In this document: positions 29,349-38,154 of the stretch, piece by piece
How positions within the stretch are numbered: the first letter of the stretch is position 1
Layout of the letters: each line of letters opens with the position of its first letter
Virus record (IMG/VR): IMGVR_UViG_3300033233_000001
Location: 1 to 64,000 of that record
DNA length: 64,000 bases
Direction: 5' to 3' (one strand)
The notes under the pieces: model-generated
Told to the model about the DNA's origin: nothing
The model's input: only the letters and a program-made list of their open reading frames with translations
Databases searched by the model: none
Program-made: the position numbers and the translations under genes

Positions 29349-29623
29349 TGTCTTTCGTCGTCCACTGCAAGAAGGCGCCGTATGACGTCTACATCGGGCG
29401 CCCGTCGCCCTGGGGCAACCCGTTCAGCCACAAGGCCGGCACGCTCGCCGAACACCGAGCCGCGACGCGCGAAGAGGCGGTCTCGAAGTACGAGGCGTGG
29501 CTGCTCGCGCAGCCAGCGCTGGTAGAGCGCGCAAAGCGCGAGCTACGCGGGAAGGTGCTGGCGTGCTGGTGCAGTCCGCTTGCCTGTCACGGAGACGTTC
29601 TTGCGCGTCTTGCGAACGAGTGA
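29348..29623 (+). CDS. DUF4326 family protein
   Basis: DVYIGRPSPWGNPF, LRGKVLACWCSPLACHGDVL. Confidence 0.9.
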   Translation: MSFVVHCKKAPYDVYIGRPSPWGNPFSHKAGTLAEHRAATREEAVSKYEAWLLAQPALVERAKRELRGKVLACWCSPLACHGDVLARLANE

Positions 29624-29625
29624 GC

Positions 29626-29868
29626 TTAGCCGCGCGTGCTCGTCACGAGCTTGCCGTCGTGCCGCTCGCACGGGACGACCACGACTTCGTAGCCGTCGAG
29701 CGGAATGCCGCCGCTCACGTAGTCGTCCAGAAGCTGCTGGCCGTTTTCCGTGTCGAACCAGACCGGACTGTCCGTGAGGTCGGTCGCGACGCGCATCGCG
29801 TCGGCACGGCTGCCTTCGACGATTTCGATGAGGCCACGGCTGCGGTGGACGACGGCGTAGATAGACAT
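29626..29868 (-). CDS. Hypothetical protein
   Basis: 80 aa. Confidence 0.5.
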   Translation of the reverse strand: MSIYAVVHRSRGLIEIVEGSRADAMRVATDLTDSPVWFDTENGQQLLDDYVSGGIPLDGYEVVVVPCERHDGKLVTSTRG

Positions 29869-29909
29869 GGGAGCCGAGCCTAGCGCAGACCGGCGCCGGC
29901 CGGAAGTGT

Positions 29910-29924
29910 AGTGTGTCGGAAGCT
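29910..29924 (+). promoter_or_regulatory. 15-bp motif, copy 4, with TGTCGGACA at 29934-29942
   Basis: AGTGTGTCGGAAGCT in the divergent gap. Confidence 0.6.
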
Positions 29925-30001
29925 CTTGACGGCTGTCGGACAGTCGTGCGAGCGTCATCATCGTGACGACTCGTCGGAGGCCAGGCGACACGGCGGAGCA
30001 G

Positions 30002-30667
30002 ATGCGCGTGCTCAGTCAGTACCGCGTGGTCGAGGGCGGTCCGCTGCCGGCGCTGCCGGCGAAGAGCTTTCTGGAAATCCTGGACGAGACGTTCCGCGAT
30101 GCAGAGACCAACTTCCTGAAGGAGAGCGACATGGTGATTCACATCGGCGACGAGTCCGGCACGCACAAGGTGATCAGCGCCGACGCTTTGGAGCACGAGA
30201 CGCGTGCGGGCTGGCGGCTCGTCCGCGTCATCACGTGCGACGGGCCGATCCGGTACATGGTGAAGCCCGCCGAGCAAGGCACGCAGGCGAACAACTGGCA
30301 GCACTCTTTCGATCAGTACGCCGAGGAGGTCGGAACCGTGACGCGGTTTCTTGTCGCGAAGGGCCGCGCGACTGAGGCGGCGGAGCTTGATGAGCAGATC
30401 GCGGCTCTGCGCGCGGAGAAGAATACGGCCGAGGAGCGGTGCGTCGTGCTCACGAAGGACTCGGAGAAGATGGCCGACACGCTCGGGAAGACCGAGAAGG
30501 CGCTCGACTCCGAGAAGGCGCTGACCACCAGGCTGCGTACAGATCTCGCGGAGCAGGCCACTCGTCTCGCGGAGCAGGCCACTCGGTTCCGAAAGATGGA
30601 AGCGGACGTCGCCAAGCTGCGTACGGCTATCGGAGCACTGGGCATGAAGGAAATCCTCGGCGGTTGA
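30002..30667 (+). CDS. Coiled-coil protein
   Basis: Heptad C-terminal half; 21-bp duplication 30544-30585 (LAEQATR x2). Confidence 0.7.
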   Translation: MRVLSQYRVVEGGPLPALPAKSFLEILDETFRDAETNFLKESDMVIHIGDESGTHKVISADALEHETRAGWRLVRVITCDGPIRYMVKPAEQGTQANNWQHSFDQYAEEVGTVTRFLVAKGRATEAAELDEQIAALRAEKNTAEERCVVLTKDSEKMADTLGKTEKALDSEKALTTRLRTDLAEQATRLAEQATRFRKMEADVAKLRTAIGALGMKEILGG

Positions 30668-30749
30668 GTCGCTGCTTGCATATCCCGACAGACGCGTTAC
30701 TGTCCGTCGAATCGTGCGAGTCGCGCGATACGAAAGAGAGAAGAGCACC

Positions 30750-31304
30750 ATGAGCGTTTCCGATCAGATCCGATCCGAGATCGAGTCCTTCGCATCCAAG
30801 ATGACCGCCCTCGTTCGACAAGAGGCTCTCAACGCCGCGATGTCGGCGCTGGGTGGTCCGGCCAGCGCGCCGCGTGTGCGAGTCGAGGTCGAGGCTCCCG
30901 GCGAGTATCGGCGTCCGGCCGTGACGCGTCAGCGTGCGGCGACGGTCAACAAGCGTGCGGTGACCGGCAAGAGCGGTCAGAAGCGCGATCCGGAGGCGCT
31001 TGCGGCTCTGGTGAAGGCGGCCGGCGGGTACATCCTGGCGCATCCCGGTCAGGGCGTGGAGCAGATCGGCGCGGCGCTGAAGTACGCGACGGCGGAACTC
31101 GCGCTGCCGATCCGCAAGCTGCTCGCGGCGAAGGTGATCACGCGCAAGGGCCAGAAGCGCGCGACGAAGTACTTCCCGGCAGCCGCGAAGGCCGCGCCAA
31201 AGGCAAAGGCCGCGGCGACCAAGAAGGCGCCGAAGGCCAAGGCCAGCAAGGCGGTTGCGAACGGCAAGGCCGCGACGCCGCCGAGCGAGCCCGCCGCCGA
31301 GTGA
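30750..31304 (+). CDS. Myxobacterial-type DNA-binding protein with K/A-rich tail
   Basis: KRDPEALAAL...HPGQGVEQI...LALPIRKL...GQKRATKYF plus histone-H1-like AKKAPKAK tail. Confidence 0.75.
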   Translation: MSVSDQIRSEIESFASKMTALVRQEALNAAMSALGGPASAPRVRVEVEAPGEYRRPAVTRQRAATVNKRAVTGKSGQKRDPEALAALVKAAGGYILAHPGQGVEQIGAALKYATAELALPIRKLLAAKVITRKGQKRATKYFPAAAKAAPKAKAAATKKAPKAKASKAVANGKAATPPSEPAAE

Positions 31305-31400
31305 GCGCATGACGCTCGCCGAGACGGACGAGCGGGTCTCGTCGCTCCGAGCGAGGCTCGTGAGCGGTGAGGCCCAGATCGTTCCGTAGCCGAGATCCCG

Positions 31401-32228
31401 ATGGCCGATCCCATCCACCTCTTCGACATCGCGGCGTACCTGCACCGGGCCATGTACGTCGTGTACGGGGACAACGCGTCGACCACGCCGTCGACGGACG
31501 AGACGTTCATCGTGCACGCGTGCGGCATGCTCGCGAACACGATGGAGAAGCTCGGTGTGCGTCGCATGGCGGTTGTGCGTGACTCGGTCGTGCCGTCGAA
31601 GCGATGCGAGGAGTACCCGGCGTACAAGGCCGACCGCAAGCCGCACACGCCCGTGTTCGCGGCGCAGTCGCCGCGCTTCTTCAGCGCGCTCCGCGACGTG
31701 AGCGTCGCGGTCGTCGAGGCCGAGGCGTACGAGGCCGACGATCTGATCGCGACGCTCGTCGGCCAGGAGCGCGGCACGCAGTACGTCGTCGTCTCGTCGG
31801 ACAAAGATCTGCTCGCATGCCTCGCGACGGAGCGCACGAGCTTCTACGATCCGATGAAGAACGTCGAGGTGACGCGCGAGATGTTCGTCGCGCGCTTCGG
31901 TATCCAGCCGAGCCAGATGTACGACTACACCGGCCTCGTCGGCGACACCGCCGACGGCATCCCTGGCGTGCCTGGCATCGGTCCGAAGACGGCTGCGAAT
32001 CTGCTGCGGGATTTCGGTACGCTCGACGAGGTGTACGACGAGAGTCGAGCACAGGCGCTCGCCGAGGCTGTGCCAGGCGCGAAGACGCTCGACAAGCTCC
32101 TGGCGCACAAGGAGGACGCGCTGCTCTCGCGGCGGCTCGCTCGTCCGTGGATCTGCAAGGGCCTGACGCTGACGGGTGACGCGTTCGCTGCGCCGCCGTC
32201 GAGCGTCGTGCGGAGGGCATGCGGATGA
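31401..32228 (+). CDS. 5'-3' exonuclease / flap endonuclease (PolA N-domain-like)
   Basis: YKADR, YEADDLIATL, SSDKDL, GDTADGIPGVPGIGPKTA. Confidence 0.95.
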   Translation: MADPIHLFDIAAYLHRAMYVVYGDNASTTPSTDETFIVHACGMLANTMEKLGVRRMAVVRDSVVPSKRCEEYPAYKADRKPHTPVFAAQSPRFFSALRDVSVAVVEAEAYEADDLIATLVGQERGTQYVVVSSDKDLLACLATERTSFYDPMKNVEVTREMFVARFGIQPSQMYDYTGLVGDTADGIPGVPGIGPKTAANLLRDFGTLDEVYDESRAQALAEAVPGAKTLDKLLAHKEDALLSRRLARPWICKGLTLTGDAFAAPPSSVVRRACG

Positions 32229-32560
32229 GCACGAAGAAGAAGGTCGCCGACTTCGACTGGCTTGCGTGGATCGAGTACGGTGCAGTCAAGGTCCAGCCCG
32301 TGATCTCGCGTCGGGGCGTCGAGTTCTGGTCCGCCGGCTTCACGACGCTGTCCGCTGGCGGCTGGCAGAACGTCATGGCGACCTACGCTGTCGGCGCGTC
32401 GGCGTTGGAGGCGCTGAGCAATCTCCGCGACGGCATCGTGCTCTACAAGGACGGGTCGCGCGTCGGACCTCACGTGCTCAAGCGCGAAGACCTGCCGGCC
32501 GCGACACGGAAGCTCGTCGCGCTGAGGAAGCGGCGACGCGGGAAGGGCAACCTCTCGTGA
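32225..32560 (+). CDS. Hypothetical protein
   Basis: ATGA overlap. Confidence 0.6.
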   Translation: MSTKKKVADFDWLAWIEYGAVKVQPVISRRGVEFWSAGFTTLSAGGWQNVMATYAVGASALEALSNLRDGIVLYKDGSRVGPHVLKREDLPAATRKLVALRKRRRGKGNLS

Positions 32561-32783
32561 AGATGCGACACGGAAGCGACGCACGCGATCGACTCTTGAT
32601 CCGCCGGACGGCTCTGTCGTGGATCAGTTGGATAAACGGTAGGGCTCCACTGGCTTGTCCACGCGGCTCGATGCTCGATCGCATGTTCCGCGAGACGGAG
32701 GATCTGATCATCGCCGAGGTGAACCGCACGCATCCGCCGGACGACATCGATCTCGTCACCGAGTTCAGTACGGAGAAGCGCCC

Positions 32784-33176
32784 ATGAAGAAGTTTCTCGT
32801 CGTCGAGCGGCAGGTTGGCGGCTGCGACTACACGATCGGCTGTGGCGTCCGCGTCTACACCGAAGAAGCCGAGTCGATGGCCGCGCTCGTCGCCAAGTTC
32901 AAGCGCGGCTGCGTGCTCACGGAGGACGAGTGCTACGGCACGGACGCGCCGCATCCTGATGAGTCCGACCTGTGGGACCGGTGCAGCGGCTGGCTCGAAG
33001 GGGAACAGGCGCGCGAGTCGGTCGCGGTCTACGAGATCGGCGAGAGCGTCGCGCTGTCGCTGGTTGTGTGGCGGAAGGAAGCTCGCGTGACCGAAGCCGC
33101 TCGGGCAGCGGCGGACGCCGAGAAGAACGAGCGCGACACGCTGAAGAAGCTCCAGCAGAAGTACGGTGCGCCGTAA
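32784..33176 (+). CDS. Hypothetical protein; stop codon supplied by the IS right end
   Basis: TAA at 33174-33176 lies inside the element terminus GTAA. Confidence 0.7.
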   Translation: MKKFLVVERQVGGCDYTIGCGVRVYTEEAESMAALVAKFKRGCVLTEDECYGTDAPHPDESDLWDRCSGWLEGEQARESVAVYEIGESVALSLVVWRKEARVTEAARAAADAEKNERDTLKKLQQKYGAP

Positions 33177-34475
33177 ACCTAACCCCGGCCTAAAGGCCGA
33201 GGCTTTGCACCTGAGTGACAACATGGAGATGCCCGTAGGTACCCCCAACACTCGACGCGTCCGGCCGGGTTACAGCGGCCAGGCTCATGGCACTGTACGT
33301 CGCGAGACCGCGACGGCTGATGTTCTGAGCCGCGATGGTATCGGCATGACCAGCGTGGCCACACCATACGCATTCAAAGACTGCCTGGCTCTTCCGGTTC
33401 GCCTTGCTGACGAAGCCGCACGCCGGACACGTCCTCGACGTGTTCCGGGGGTCGACCACCATCAGCGCGACGCCCGCCAAGCACGCCTTGTAGGTCACGA
33501 AGCCACGCAGCTGAGCAAAAGACCACGAGGAGCGCACCCGACGCTGTGCCTTCCGAACCGTTGTCCGCTCGCGGATGCCCGTCAGGTCTTCCAGGGCAAT
33601 CCCACGTCCGGTGTCTTTGGCACGGGTGACGATCTTCTTGCTCACGCGATGGTTCGTGTCTCTAGCGAATCTCATCTCCTTCCTGCGACGCTTCTTCAGA
33701 AGCCGCTTCGCACTCTTGGTACCAACAGACTGGAGCTTCGAGCGGGTGTTAGCGTACCGCTCGCGGACGACATTCAGGTGGTCTCCCGCGAAGACCGTAC
33801 CGTCCGAGTCGGTCGTGATGTTCACGACGCCGAGGTCTACGCCGAGAAAGTCGACGGGCTCTGCGGGCTTCTCGTACGGGATGCTGACGCTGACGAGCAG
33901 GTAGAACTCGTTGTCGCGGAAGACCAAGTCGGCCTCGCCGTACTTCGAGGAGAGCAGGCGTTCTCGGTCAGCGTCGCGGAAGAGGATGGGACAGCGGATG
34001 CGACCGTCGAGTGTCGTGAGCGTGATTTCCGTCGACTCCTTCTTGAACGAGTACAGTCTCGTGTCGTAGGCGACGCTGCCGCGCGGGCGGAAGGTCGGGC
34101 AGATACTGCGGTCGCGGACGTAGGCGTCGCAGACCTTTGCAATCGTCCGAATGGCCATCTGCGACGGGAGGCCGAAATCGGCTCGCATGTCGTAGTAGAA
34201 CAGCCGCTGGAGCCGGCGCTTGTCGGCGAGCTTGTGCTCGAAGGCTCGGGGCGCGAGCCAGTTGGCCGCAGCGTTCATGCGCTCCATGGTCGAGAGCAGC
34301 GAGTCGCGCGGCGCCTCGTCGAGCACGAGCTTGCCCTGGACAACCAGAACGGTCGGCGCGTCGGGCTTCTTCGGCTTGCACTTGCGAACCACGGGCGGAT
34401 GGTACCACAGATCTGGAGCACGGAGCAGCGCTTCCTCCCCGCCCTGAAGGACGGGGCTTCCGCGCTGGAGATGTG
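33173..34475 (-). mobile_element. IS200/IS605-family tnpB-only element 2
   Basis: Right end AAAG-CCTCGGCC/GGCCGGGG...GGTTTAC; left-end hairpin CCCCGTCC..GGGCGGGG; target TCAC (34476-34479); TnpA-tail remnant RFLPALKDGASA on + strand. Confidence 0.9.
33190..34392 (-). CDS. tnpB: TnpB RNA-guided nuclease, different clade from elements 1 and 3
   Basis: RuvC FLGVDLG / IALEDL / HADTIAA; CPACG...CVWCG. Confidence 0.95.
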   Translation of the reverse strand: MVRKCKPKKPDAPTVLVVQGKLVLDEAPRDSLLSTMERMNAAANWLAPRAFEHKLADKRRLQRLFYYDMRADFGLPSQMAIRTIAKVCDAYVRDRSICPTFRPRGSVAYDTRLYSFKKESTEITLTTLDGRIRCPILFRDADRERLLSSKYGEADLVFRDNEFYLLVSVSIPYEKPAEPVDFLGVDLGVVNITTDSDGTVFAGDHLNVVRERYANTRSKLQSVGTKSAKRLLKKRRRKEMRFARDTNHRVSKKIVTRAKDTGRGIALEDLTGIRERTTVRKAQRRVRSSWSFAQLRGFVTYKACLAGVALMVVDPRNTSRTCPACGFVSKANRKSQAVFECVWCGHAGHADTIAAQNISRRGLATYSAMSLAAVTRPDASSVGGTYGHLHVVTQVQSLGL

Positions 34476-34838
34476 GTGAACCGCATGGCCGCGATCAACG
34501 GCGCGTTCAAGGAGCTACGCGCACTCGGTCTCGCTGCTCACCAGGACTGGCAGTGCTGCCAGACGTGCGGCCTCGACGAGATCATGACTGAAGTGGACTC
34601 GGCGGATAAGCGTCCGCGCGGCTACGTCTTCTATCACGAGCAGGACGCCGACATGCTCATCAAGTACGGCTCGTGCTGCGTGGCCTACGGCTCGACGTCG
34701 GACGACGCGACCGACGCAGACGCCGAATGTATCGGCCGCGAGGTCGCGGAGACCTTGCAACGCCACGGCTGTCGAGTGGAATGGGACGGCACATGTTCGC
34801 AGCGGATTGCGGTCTGGTGCGACGTGGTGCAGGCGTGA
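34476..34838 (+). CDS. DUF6891-like hypothetical protein
   Basis: AFKELRALG..AHQDWQCCQTCG, GYVFYHEQD, V.WDG...RI. Confidence 0.65.
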   Translation: MNRMAAINGAFKELRALGLAAHQDWQCCQTCGLDEIMTEVDSADKRPRGYVFYHEQDADMLIKYGSCCVAYGSTSDDATDADAECIGREVAETLQRHGCRVEWDGTCSQRIAVWCDVVQA

Positions 34839-34848
34839 GGAGACGACG

Positions 34849-35253
34849 ATGAAGCGACGACTGCGAAAGAAGAAGAAGCTCGGCGAGTTTCGCGAGTACG
34901 GGTTCCAGCTGGTGGCTCGCTATCCGGCGGAGATCACGGAAGAACAGCTGGACTCGCTGCTGATGGAACTGTTCAACTTCGTCGAACACAGGAACCTCGG
35001 CGTTGGCGGCGGCTGCGGCCGCGATGTCGAGATGTTCGTCTGTCGACTGTGTCGTCGACATCGATGCTGTAGCTGCATCAGAAAGTACGGTCGTGACCGT
35101 AATCTCGGCCCCGTAACCGAGATGGACAGATCGGCTGTCGTCGAGTGGTTCCGCGCGCACGGTGCGCTTGCTGAGGCCGGTCCACTCATCGACGCGAACC
35201 ATCACAGCGAGGCCGAGTTCGAGTCGTCGATCCCGAAGTTGGACGCTGCGTGA
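34849..35253 (+). CDS. yggL: YggL (DUF469) 50S-ribosome-binding family protein
   Basis: RRLRKKKKLGEFREYGF, GGG...FV, TE.DRSAVVEW; Cys-rich insert. Confidence 0.75.
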   Translation: MKRRLRKKKKLGEFREYGFQLVARYPAEITEEQLDSLLMELFNFVEHRNLGVGGGCGRDVEMFVCRLCRRHRCCSCIRKYGRDRNLGPVTEMDRSAVVEWFRAHGALAEAGPLIDANHHSEAEFESSIPKLDAA

Positions 35254-35443
35254 CCCTCGACGACGCGGTCAAACACGCTGCTGGGATGCAGCTGACTGGC
35301 CGCGATGCCATTGCGGTGCACGTGCTCGTCGAGGCCGGTAAGCGCGTCTTGAAGGTGAAGCGACCGATTCGCGAGCTTGCGGAAGCCGTGTCGCCCGAGG
35401 GGCATCTGAATCAGGTTGACCTGCTCGGAGAGGATGGAGAGCC

Positions 35444-35605
35444 ATGAGCGAGCCGGAGAAGAAGCCGCCCGGCCCGAAGCCGCGCCCCGGTGAACACTGC
35501 TCCTTCTGCGGCGAGAAGGCGAGGGTCGTCTCAGGTCCGTGCGTGTACATCTGCGAGGAGTGCGCGAAGCTGGTCTGCGAGATCTTCGCGGAGAACCCGA
35601 CGTGA
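35444..35605 (+). CDS. Stand-alone ClpX C4-type zinc finger
   Basis: Manual translation HCSFCGEKARVVSGPCVYICEECAKLVCEI (53 aa, below the ORF-track cutoff). Confidence 0.8.
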   Translation: MSEPEKKPPGPKPRPGEHCSFCGEKARVVSGPCVYICEECAKLVCEIFAENPT

Positions 35606-36006
35606 GCGAGTGGCCGAAAGAATTCCGATGCGAGGGACACGCCTGTTGCGGGGCACTTCTGCGCGTCGAGCAGGCGGACGTGTTCACCCACCTTCACCGT
35701 GGCCCCAAGCGTTGGGCCTTCAAGTGCCCATGCGGCGTTCAGACGGACCTGCCGAGTCCGGTGCTGTTCAGCGCGCCGCCGTACGACGAGTGGCTGAAGG
35801 CCCACGGTTTCGCCGTCATGAGCGGCCACGAACACAAGCCGGTGTTCGACACGTACGCGACTCTGGAAGAGGCCGAGCGCGAGGCACTGGCGTACTCTCG
35901 CGCTCGTCGCCGATGGGGCGACCACGTCTACTGCGGGATCGACATCCAGGACGCCAAGGGCGCCGTGGTCAAGCACGTGAACTACTACAAGCGGAAGCGG
36001 TCATGA
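35602..36006 (+). CDS. Hypothetical Cys-containing protein
   Basis: GTGA overlap. Confidence 0.55.
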   Translation: MSEWPKEFRCEGHACCGALLRVEQADVFTHLHRGPKRWAFKCPCGVQTDLPSPVLFSAPPYDEWLKAHGFAVMSGHEHKPVFDTYATLEEAEREALAYSRARRRWGDHVYCGIDIQDAKGAVVKHVNYYKRKRS

Positions 36007-36085
36007 GAAAGAAGCGCACCGATGCTACGATGGCCGAGCGCGTCGGCCTGCCGAAGGACGCTGACATCGCAGAGGAAGGCCGCTG

Positions 36086-36529
36086 ATGCCGCAGATTTAC
36101 GGCGGCTCACCCGAACGAGCGAGCATTCGTGAGGAAGAGATCGCAGAAGCACAGTTCGTGCTTCAGGACTCTTGGGGGTCACACTCGAAGTCCAGTTCGC
36201 TACGCGTTGGAACGCGGCGCGTTGACGTTCGCCGTGAGCCACGGGGCTGGGTCGGAGTCGTCCACGACATGGACACGCACGAAGGGCCAGGCCGTGAGGT
36301 TTGGCGCGACACCGCGGTGTGGGTCGAGAAGTACGATGCAGCCTGGCGAGCAGAGGTGTGGCTGTGGGATCACGGTGGCGTTTGGGCAGCGGGCAAGATC
36401 CGGTACTGGTACGTCGGAGACCTGGACGGTTCGTTCACGAAGTATCGCGATGAAGACAACGGCAGCAGCACGGTCGTCGGCAAATGGGCAAGCTGGGCCG
36501 AGATGGCCGAGATGGAGCATGACGAGTGA
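36086..36529 (+). CDS. Hypothetical protein
   Basis: 147 aa, Trp-rich. Confidence 0.55.
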   Translation: MPQIYGGSPERASIREEEIAEAQFVLQDSWGSHSKSSSLRVGTRRVDVRREPRGWVGVVHDMDTHEGPGREVWRDTAVWVEKYDAAWRAEVWLWDHGGVWAAGKIRYWYVGDLDGSFTKYRDEDNGSSTVVGKWASWAEMAEMEHDE

Positions 36530-37287
36530 ACCACCACTACTGGCTCCACCAGGGCGACGCGACCGAGTGGCTGAAGTCGCTTCCGGCCGCGAGCGTCGAC
36601 CTCGTCGTCACAGATCCGGCATATTCCTCTCTGGAGAAACACCGCAAGGTTGGAACGACCACGCGTCTCAAGGTCAGCGAGGGGTCGAGTAACGAGTGGT
36701 TTCAGGTCGTCGAGAACAGCTACTTCCCGAGCTTCTTCGCCGAGGCGGCCCGCGTCCTGAAGAAGAATCGCCACCTGTACGTCATGTGCGATGAAGAGAC
36801 AGCGGATATCATCAAGCCGATGGGGCGCGCTGCCGGCTTCACGTTCTGGAAGTCGCTTGTCTGGGTCAAGGTCGGCTCTAAGAACCGATGCAAGATCGAT
36901 GCGGGAATGGGCTACCATTACCGTGCTTCTAAGGAATTCATCCTGTTCTTCGAGGTCGGGAAGCGAAAGCTGAACGATCTGGCCCGTTGCGACGTATTGC
37001 CCGTCCCGAAGGTTCGCCGGGCGTTTCCGACCGAGAAGCCGGTCGAGTTGAACCGCATCCTGATCGAGCAGAGCACGCAGCCCGGCGAGGTCGTGATTGA
37101 CGCGTTCATGGGCTCGGGCAGCGCAGGAGAAGCCGCGTTGCAGTGTGGGCGGTCGTTCTGGGGGAACGACCTGTCCGACGAGGCGATGGTGGTTGCACGC
37201 GCCCGGCTTTCGGGTTACGACGGCGTGAAGTGTCTGACAGGTCTACCGCCGCCGCTTCCGACGTCGCAGACGCTTCTCGCGCTCTGA
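36526..37287 (+). CDS. N6/N4 DNA methyltransferase (beta class)
   Basis: LVVTDPAY, FPTEKPVEL, VIDAFMGSGSAG. Confidence 0.9.
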   Translation: MNHHYWLHQGDATEWLKSLPAASVDLVVTDPAYSSLEKHRKVGTTTRLKVSEGSSNEWFQVVENSYFPSFFAEAARVLKKNRHLYVMCDEETADIIKPMGRAAGFTFWKSLVWVKVGSKNRCKIDAGMGYHYRASKEFILFFEVGKRKLNDLARCDVLPVPKVRRAFPTEKPVELNRILIEQSTQPGEVVIDAFMGSGSAGEAALQCGRSFWGNDLSDEAMVVARARLSGYDGVKCLTGLPPPLPTSQTLLAL

Positions 37288-37949
37288 GTGGCGCGCCGTC
37301 GGCTGGAAAAACGCACCTCGGCGAGGTCGCGTTCGACGACGTCTTCCCGTTCATCACGTTCGAGAAGAGCCGGCGCGAGTACGTGGTCAACGGCGTGGCG
37401 TATTCGGTCAAGATGGACAGCGAGCGGTACCACTTGTTCAAGGAGAGTCGGGCGTGTTCAGCGTGCGGGCTCGTGGGGACGCGGCTGATGCTCGACATCA
37501 TCCGCGGCGCGAACAGTCCGCACTTCAATCTCTACGCCGAGGAGAACGGCGCACTCGTGTTGATGACGAAGGACCACATCATTCCACGGAGTGCGGGCGG
37601 GACGAACGCTCTCGACAACCTTCGGACGATGTGCGCGCCGTGCAACGAGGTGCGCGGGAGCTACGATAGCTTGACGCTGGAACAGATCTGCGAGCTTCGG
37701 CGATTGCGCACGGAAGTGCTGGCTCGTGAAGCAGAGTGCAAGGTCGCGCACGACGCGGTGATGGCGGCGGCGGCGGTCAGCAACGAGAGCGCAGAGTACG
37801 CCGCGGCGCTGGCGCACCTTCGCGATCTGGAACAGGCGCTGCTTGCGGTGTTGCGCCGAGGGCGCGAGGTGCATCCGCGCGTGGATCTCGCGTCAACACG
37901 GCGCCTTTCCCGCGAGATCGAGAAGCTGCTTCTGGAGAAGACGACGTGA
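37143..37949 (+). CDS. HNH endonuclease (start uncertain)
   Basis: TKDHIIPRSAGGTNALDNLRTMCAPCN. Confidence 0.85.
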   Translation: MWAVVLGERPVRRGDGGCTRPAFGLRRREVSDRSTAAASDVADASRALSGAPSAGKTHLGEVAFDDVFPFITFEKSRREYVVNGVAYSVKMDSERYHLFKESRACSACGLVGTRLMLDIIRGANSPHFNLYAEENGALVLMTKDHIIPRSAGGTNALDNLRTMCAPCNEVRGSYDSLTLEQICELRRLRTEVLAREAECKVAHDAVMAAAAVSNESAEYAAALAHLRDLEQALLAVLRRGREVHPRVDLASTRRLSREIEKLLLEKTT

Positions 37950-38154
37950 CCCCTCGCAGACTCGCCGATGCCACGCGGTTCCTATCCGAGCGCTGCACGA
38001 CCTGCGGCGACCTTCTCTTCGAGGTCGCGCACGTCGTCAAGGATGGCGCGCTTTTCTGCAACGACGACTGCGCACGTCGGCTGCACAAGATGAAGCGGCG
38101 GGTGTTCTGGGAGACGCACGGAGTCTCGTGCGTCTGCGTGGAGTGCTGCGGATA

